This document shows positions 59,889 through 64,000 of a stretch of 64,000 nt of DNA, piece after piece. Numbering within the stretch: position 1 is the stretch's first letter; every line of letters begins with the position of its first letter. The notes under the pieces were generated by a model. That model searched no databases and was not told the DNA's origin. It saw nothing but the letters and a program-made list of their open reading frames with translations. Made by a program: the position numbers and the translations under genes. Source of the stretch: an uncultured Eubacterium sp. (GTDB lineage Bacteria; Bacillota; Clostridia; Lachnospirales; Lachnospiraceae); assembly GCA_934320655.1 (NCBI GenBank), contig CAKRFN010000001.1, positions 184,848 through 248,847 on the forward strand, given 5' to 3'.

Positions 59889-60509
59889 TTATGACTTTGC
59901 CTCGTTTGCCGCCTGTGAAACAGCCTCCTGCGCGGGTGCTGCCGTATCCTCCGCTGCCAGCTCCGGCTCTGTCTGCGGCATCAGCTCTGCACGGTTGGCA
60001 AGAACGACCTGTAAGGAGCTGTTCAGTCCTGCGATCAGATTGTCATAGCGCGCCTTTGATCCCTCGATCGCCCCGTTTAAGATGACCTCCAGATTGCGCA
60101 GCAGCTCATCCGTATATGCGATCGCTCCCATGCGGATACTGTTAGCATCATTTGTCGCTTTATCAAGGATCTCCTGCGCCTGCTTGGTTGCGATCATTAC
60201 GACCTCATTTGCCTGTGCATAGGCCTGCTGCATGATCTGATGCTCGCTCACAAGCTCGGAATGCGTCACCTCTGCCTGAGCGATGATCGCGTCTGCCTTT
60301 GTCTGTGCATCGGCAAGGATCGCTTCCTTGTTGCTGATCATTTTCTGATAGCGCTTGATCTCCTCCGGTGTGCGGAGACGAAGTTCGGTCAGTAACTCCT
60401 CGATCTGATCCTTGTTCACAATGATCTTATTGGAGGAGAATGCCTGCGGCTTGCAGGTATCTATGTACTGCTCTAACTCTTCGATTGTCTGCTCAATTTT
60501 ACTACTCAT
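59889..60509 (-). CDS. Hypothetical coiled-coil protein
   Basis: Heptad-rich, A/E/Q-rich sequence; AAGGAG RBS 6 nt before ATG 60509; overlaps the coaD stop. Confidence 0.45.
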   Translation of the reverse strand: MSSKIEQTIEELEQYIDTCKPQAFSSNKIIVNKDQIEELLTELRLRTPEEIKRYQKMISNKEAILADAQTKADAIIAQAEVTHSELVSEHQIMQQAYAQANEVVMIATKQAQEILDKATNDANSIRMGAIAYTDELLRNLEVILNGAIEGSKARYDNLIAGLNSSLQVVLANRAELMPQTEPELAAEDTAAPAQEAVSQAANEAKS

Positions 60510-61002
60510 GTCGATCTCCTTTTTCAATGCCATATTTTTTATAAATACGGTCAATCATCGTTTTCGGGACAAAATGTGAAATATCTCCGCCATAAGCCGC
60601 GAATTCCTTGACAATGGTAGAACTGAGATACGAATACTGCAGACTGCTTGTCAGAAAAATCGTCTCGATCTCCTCATACTCCACATGATTTGTCTGTGCG
60701 ATCTGAAGCTCATATTCAAAATCCGTCACCGCCCGCAGTCCGCGAATGATAATCGTTGCCTGAATATCCTTGGCAAAATCCACAAGCAGTCCGTCGAACG
60801 ATACTACTTTTACGTTCGGCAGATCGGCGGTTAATTCTTTTAACATACTAACACGTTCATCTACAGAAAACAACGAATTTTTTGCACTGTTGTTCAACAC
60901 ACCGACATACAGTTCATCCACGATATTCGCAGATCTGCGAATGATGTCCATATGTCCGTTTGTCACCGGATCAAAGCTGCCCGGATAGATTGCTCTTGTC
61001 AT
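60502..61002 (-). CDS. coaD: Phosphopantetheine adenylyltransferase
   Basis: [14 protein letters not shown] motif. Confidence 0.9.
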   Translation of the reverse strand: MTRAIYPGSFDPVTNGHMDIIRRSANIVDELYVGVLNNSAKNSLFSVDERVSMLKELTADLPNVKVVSFDGLLVDFAKDIQATIIIRGLRAVTDFEYELQIAQTNHVEYEEIETIFLTSSLQYSYLSSTIVKEFAAYGGDISHFVPKTMIDRIYKKYGIEKGDRHE

Positions 61003-61040
61003 CGCTTATCCCTCTTTGGTTTCCTGTGTTTCTTTTTATT

Positions 61041-61604
61041 TTAATGTTTTTTCAATGTAAGAAACACATGCTTATTTGTCTTATAGAGTTTTTCTCTTCG
61101 CAGCTCGTAACCCAACGCATCCACATAAGAAAAATCCGTGTGCTCGTCCGCCTCGACAATGATCAGCGCATCTTCCTTTACAATAGAAGATCCCGCAAGA
61201 TAACCGAGGATCTCTGCCTCTAAATTCTGACCATACGGCGGATCGAGAAAGATCAGGTCAAACCGGTACTTTCCCTCCAGCTGGCGCAGCGCGCTCATGC
61301 AATCCGTATTCATCAGCCTGCACTGGCTGCCCAGCTTTGTGAAATCAATGTTATCCTGTATGACTTCACATGCCTTTTTATTGTTATCCACAAATACGCA
61401 GTAAGCACTGCCCCTGCTGACTGCCTCCAGACCGATCTGTCCGCTGCCGGCAAACAGATCCAGAAAATAGGCTCCGTCCAGCTCCGGTGCGAGCATATTG
61501 AATAATGTCTCCTTGATACGGTCGGTTGTCGGACGGGTATCCCTGCCCGGCAGTGTGCGCAGCGGAAGCCGCCTTGCTTTTCCCGCAATAATTCTCACGG
61601 TCAT
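61041..61604 (-). CDS. rsmD: 16S rRNA (guanine966-N2)-methyltransferase RsmD
   Basis: LDLFAGSG SAM motif and DPPY motif. Confidence 0.85.
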   Translation of the reverse strand: MTVRIIAGKARRLPLRTLPGRDTRPTTDRIKETLFNMLAPELDGAYFLDLFAGSGQIGLEAVSRGSAYCVFVDNNKKACEVIQDNIDFTKLGSQCRLMNTDCMSALRQLEGKYRFDLIFLDPPYGQNLEAEILGYLAGSSIVKEDALIIVEADEHTDFSYVDALGYELRREKLYKTNKHVFLTLKKH

Positions 61605-61625
61605 TCACCTCCATCCCACAAATCG

Positions 61626-62171
61626 CTAATTCTGTTCCTTTAAGACCGCACGGTTTTTGACCAGATAGTCACACAGTGAAACGATCGTGAGGATCAGGGC
61701 AATCCATGTCAGGCAGATGCCGAGTATTTCAAAAAACGTTCCGGGAAAATCCAAGATCAGAACAATAATCATCAGCATCTGGAACGTCGTCTTGAACTTT
61801 CCCCAGTAGCTGGCAGCGATCACAACGCCGTTGTCGGCTGCCACCAGACGGAAACCGCTGATAATAAATTCACGGCTGATAATCACAATGACCATCCACG
61901 CCGCGAGCTGACCGGTCGCTACCAGACAGATCATTGCGGAACACACGAGTAGTTTATCAGCAAGCGGGTCCATAAATTTGCCGAAATTTGTCACCAGATT
62001 GTACTTTCTTGCAATTTTTCCGTCTGCAAGGTCTGTCAGGCTCGCAACAATAAAAATCGCTACGGCAATATAATTGCTGTACGGTACAACGGGCACCAGC
62101 AGAAAAAATACAAAAAACGGAATCAGAAGTACACGTAAAATCGTCAGTTTGTTCGGTAAATTCATTTTCAT
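61626..62171 (-). CDS. pgsA: CDP-diacylglycerol--glycerol-3-phosphate 3-phosphatidyltransferase
   Basis: CDP-alcohol phosphatidyltransferase motif DGKIARK...G...DPLADK. Confidence 0.85.
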   Translation of the reverse strand: MKMNLPNKLTILRVLLIPFFVFFLLVPVVPYSNYIAVAIFIVASLTDLADGKIARKYNLVTNFGKFMDPLADKLLVCSAMICLVATGQLAAWMVIVIISREFIISGFRLVAADNGVVIAASYWGKFKTTFQMLMIIVLILDFPGTFFEILGICLTWIALILTIVSLCDYLVKNRAVLKEQN

Positions 62172-62172
62172 A

Positions 62173-63498
62173 TTATATCATCTCCCCTATCAGATCATAG
62201 TCGAGCGCACCTGTCACACGCACCTTCACAAAATCACCGGACATCAGCTCCGCGTCTGTGTGAATAAAGATATAGCCGTCCACACCCGGTGCATCCTTGT
62301 AGGTACGGGCAACATACGCATGCTCATCAGCGACTTTTCCCTCGACAAACGCCCAAAGCTGTCTGTCCTTCATCGCCTCGTTGCGGTCATACGAGATCTC
62401 CTGCTGCAGCTCCATGACCTCATCGCGCCATGTCAGCTTGGTCTCCTCGTCCAACTGCCCCTCAAAGGACGCTGCCGGTGTATTTTCCTCCGGCGAATAG
62501 GTAAATGCACCCAGCCGGTCAAATTCCGCCCAGTTCAAAAACTCCATGAGTTCTTCATGCGCCTGCTCTGTTTCTCCGGGGAACCCGCAGATCAGTGTTG
62601 TACGCAGGCAGATATCGGGGATCTCGCTGCGCAGCAGCTCGATCTTGTCTGCCAGCTCCGCACCGCTTGTGCGCCGTCCCATGCGCTTTAAAATATCGTC
62701 ATTGATATGCTGGATCGGCATATCGAGGTAATGCACGACCTTTTTGTTGCGATTGATCGCGTCGATCAGTGTCTGATCGATCTCCTCCGGATAGCAGTAC
62801 ATCAGCCGGATCCAGTACAGCCCCTCGATGGCATTCAGCTCGTCTAACAGCCGATGCAGCGATTTTTCTCCGTAGAGGTCTTTTCCGTAAACCGTCGTCT
62901 CCTGTGCAACGAGGATCAGCTCCTTTACCCCCTGTGCCACAAGCTGCTTTGCCTGTGCAACCAGCTCCTCCATCGGTACACTGCGGTAAGCGCCACGGAT
63001 CGACGGGATCACACAGTAAGTACAGTGCTTATCACAGCCCTCCGCAATTTTCAGGTACGCATAATGTCCGCCGGTCGTCACGAGGCGCTTTTTATCATGC
63101 ATATCCGGCAGTCCCTCCAGCGCGTGATAATTTTTATAGACACTGCCCTTGAGCGCGCCCTCCACTGCCTCCACGATCGCATCGTATGCGTTCGTTCCGA
63201 GCACCGCATCCACCTCCGGAATCTCTGCCAGCACCTCATCCTGATAGCGCTGTGCCAGACAGCCGGTGACGATCAGTGCCTTGAGCTTTCCGGTCTCTTT
63301 ATACTTTGCCATCGTAAGGATCGTCTGAATGCTCTCCTCCTTGGCATCCCCGATAAAGCAGCAGGAATTGACCACGATCACATCTGCATCATTCTCATCG
63401 TCCGTAATCGTATATCCGGCAGCGTTCAGCATACCGATCATATACTCGGAATCTACCAGATTTTTATCGCAGCCAAGTGAAATAAATAAAATATTCAT
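62173..63498 (-). CDS. rimO: Ribosomal protein S12 methylthiotransferase RimO (MiaB-family radical SAM)
   Basis: UPF0004 domain (LGCDKN), radical SAM CxxxCxxC (CDKHCTYC), C-terminal TRAM domain. Confidence 0.85.
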   Translation of the reverse strand: MNILFISLGCDKNLVDSEYMIGMLNAAGYTITDDENDADVIVVNSCCFIGDAKEESIQTILTMAKYKETGKLKALIVTGCLAQRYQDEVLAEIPEVDAVLGTNAYDAIVEAVEGALKGSVYKNYHALEGLPDMHDKKRLVTTGGHYAYLKIAEGCDKHCTYCVIPSIRGAYRSVPMEELVAQAKQLVAQGVKELILVAQETTVYGKDLYGEKSLHRLLDELNAIEGLYWIRLMYCYPEEIDQTLIDAINRNKKVVHYLDMPIQHINDDILKRMGRRTSGAELADKIELLRSEIPDICLRTTLICGFPGETEQAHEELMEFLNWAEFDRLGAFTYSPEENTPAASFEGQLDEETKLTWRDEVMELQQEISYDRNEAMKDRQLWAFVEGKVADEHAYVARTYKDAPGVDGYIFIHTDAELMSGDFVKVRVTGALDYDLIGEMI

Positions 63499-63558
63499 AG
63501 ATACTCCTGTGATGTGAAAGGAAGCCGAAACGATCTGCCCCGGCTTCCGTATGTTCGT

Positions 63559-63849
63559 TTATTCTTCAATCGCTGCTGTCTGGAAGTCGTCCACCGGATC
63601 AGCGGCATCCGCCTGTTCATCCTCACCGAGAATCTTTACCTTGCCCTCGTATAATTCCTGAACCGCAGTCGATAACGGTTTCTTGCCGTTTGCATGTGCA
63701 ACTAACGGCTCATCACCGGCGATCAGCTGGCGCGCACGCTTAGCGGCTGCAATCACGATCGAGTAACGGCTGTTTACAACCGGCTCCTCGCCTACCTCTG
63801 TGGTATTGTTTACTACTTTCATCAGTTCTACATAAGACGGATGGATCAT
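63559..63849 (-). CDS. rpoZ: RNA polymerase omega subunit
   Basis: SRYSIVIAAAKRARQL motif; acidic C-terminal tail; follows gmk. Confidence 0.85.
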   Translation of the reverse strand: MIHPSYVELMKVVNNTTEVGEEPVVNSRYSIVIAAAKRARQLIAGDEPLVAHANGKKPLSTAVQELYEGKVKILGEDEQADAADPVDDFQTAAIEE

Positions 63850-63852
63850 CGT

Positions 63853-64000
63853 TTATTCTCCTTTCGCATAATTCGTCAATGCTGTTTTTATTTCCATAAT
63901 AAATAGTTCTTTGCGTGAGATCTTTGTGTGCTCATTCTGTAAAATCGAATGCACCTGATCCACGCAGGCTTCCAGTTCATCGTTTACAATCAGATAATCG
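63853..64000 (-). CDS. gmk: Guanylate kinase, C-terminal fragment (gene continues past the window end)
   Basis: Reverse-strand translation DYLIVNDELEACVDQVHSILQNEHTKISR... matches the Gmk C-terminus; TAA at 63853-63855. Confidence 0.6.
   Translation of the reverse strand, partial: DYLIVNDELEACVDQVHSILQNEHTKISRKELFIMEIKTALTNYAKGE

Overview
This 64-kb window reads as a core chromosomal segment of a Firmicutes (Clostridia/Lachnospiraceae-like) genome, about 50% GC and almost fully coding. Gene order is strongly syntenic with known Firmicutes housekeeping clusters. On the + strand: two flavoproteins, mutS-mutL-miaA, a PLP-dependent YnbB-like enzyme, radC-mreB-mreC-mreD-mrdA(PBP2)-minC-minD-minE-rodA-mgsA, a lipoprotein DD-carboxypeptidase, the ylm division cluster (yggS-sepF-ylmH), aroB-lspA-rluD and a cytidylate-kinase-like gene. 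On the - strand: ttcA, dtd, mgtE with a long leader and a yneA-like LysM gene divergent from lexA with several Cheo-type SOS boxes. Further along on the - strand: rsfS-yqeK-nadD-yhbY-obg-rpmA-prp-rplU, rng with its DUF2344/radical-SAM partners, a truncated his operon (hisZ-hisG-hisD-hisIE), recU, an RluA-family synthase, ygiQ, a HAD hydrolase, an RsuA-family synthase, an M23 peptidase, coaD-rsmD, pgsA, rimO and rpoZ with a partial gmk. A YlbJ-like membrane protein gene sits on the + strand between the M23 peptidase and coaD. I found no rRNA, tRNA, CRISPR array, transposase or prophage module. The less ordinary loci are listed next. (1) A 1259-aa secreted Gly-rich beta-helix-like surface protein with a D/T/G low-complexity linker, co-oriented with a small membrane protein and the radical-SAM/RNase G cluster. 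(2) A HisIE enzyme carrying an N-terminal HisF-like TIM-barrel domain in which both catalytic Asp positions appear substituted. (3) An SPFH-domain protein with a Gln-rich linker and a tandemly duplicated zinc ribbon, next to a Xer-like recombinase. (4) An orphan 139-aa Walker-A protein and a DUF378 gene, followed by a HlyD-like membrane protein upstream of yggS. (5) A 350-bp GC-rich mutL-miaA spacer that may hold a small protein or ncRNA. (6) Promoter and operator-like repeats in the his leader, and a possible M-box leader on mgtE. None of these is demonstrably a new system from sequence alone, and all calls rest on motif recognition and synteny.
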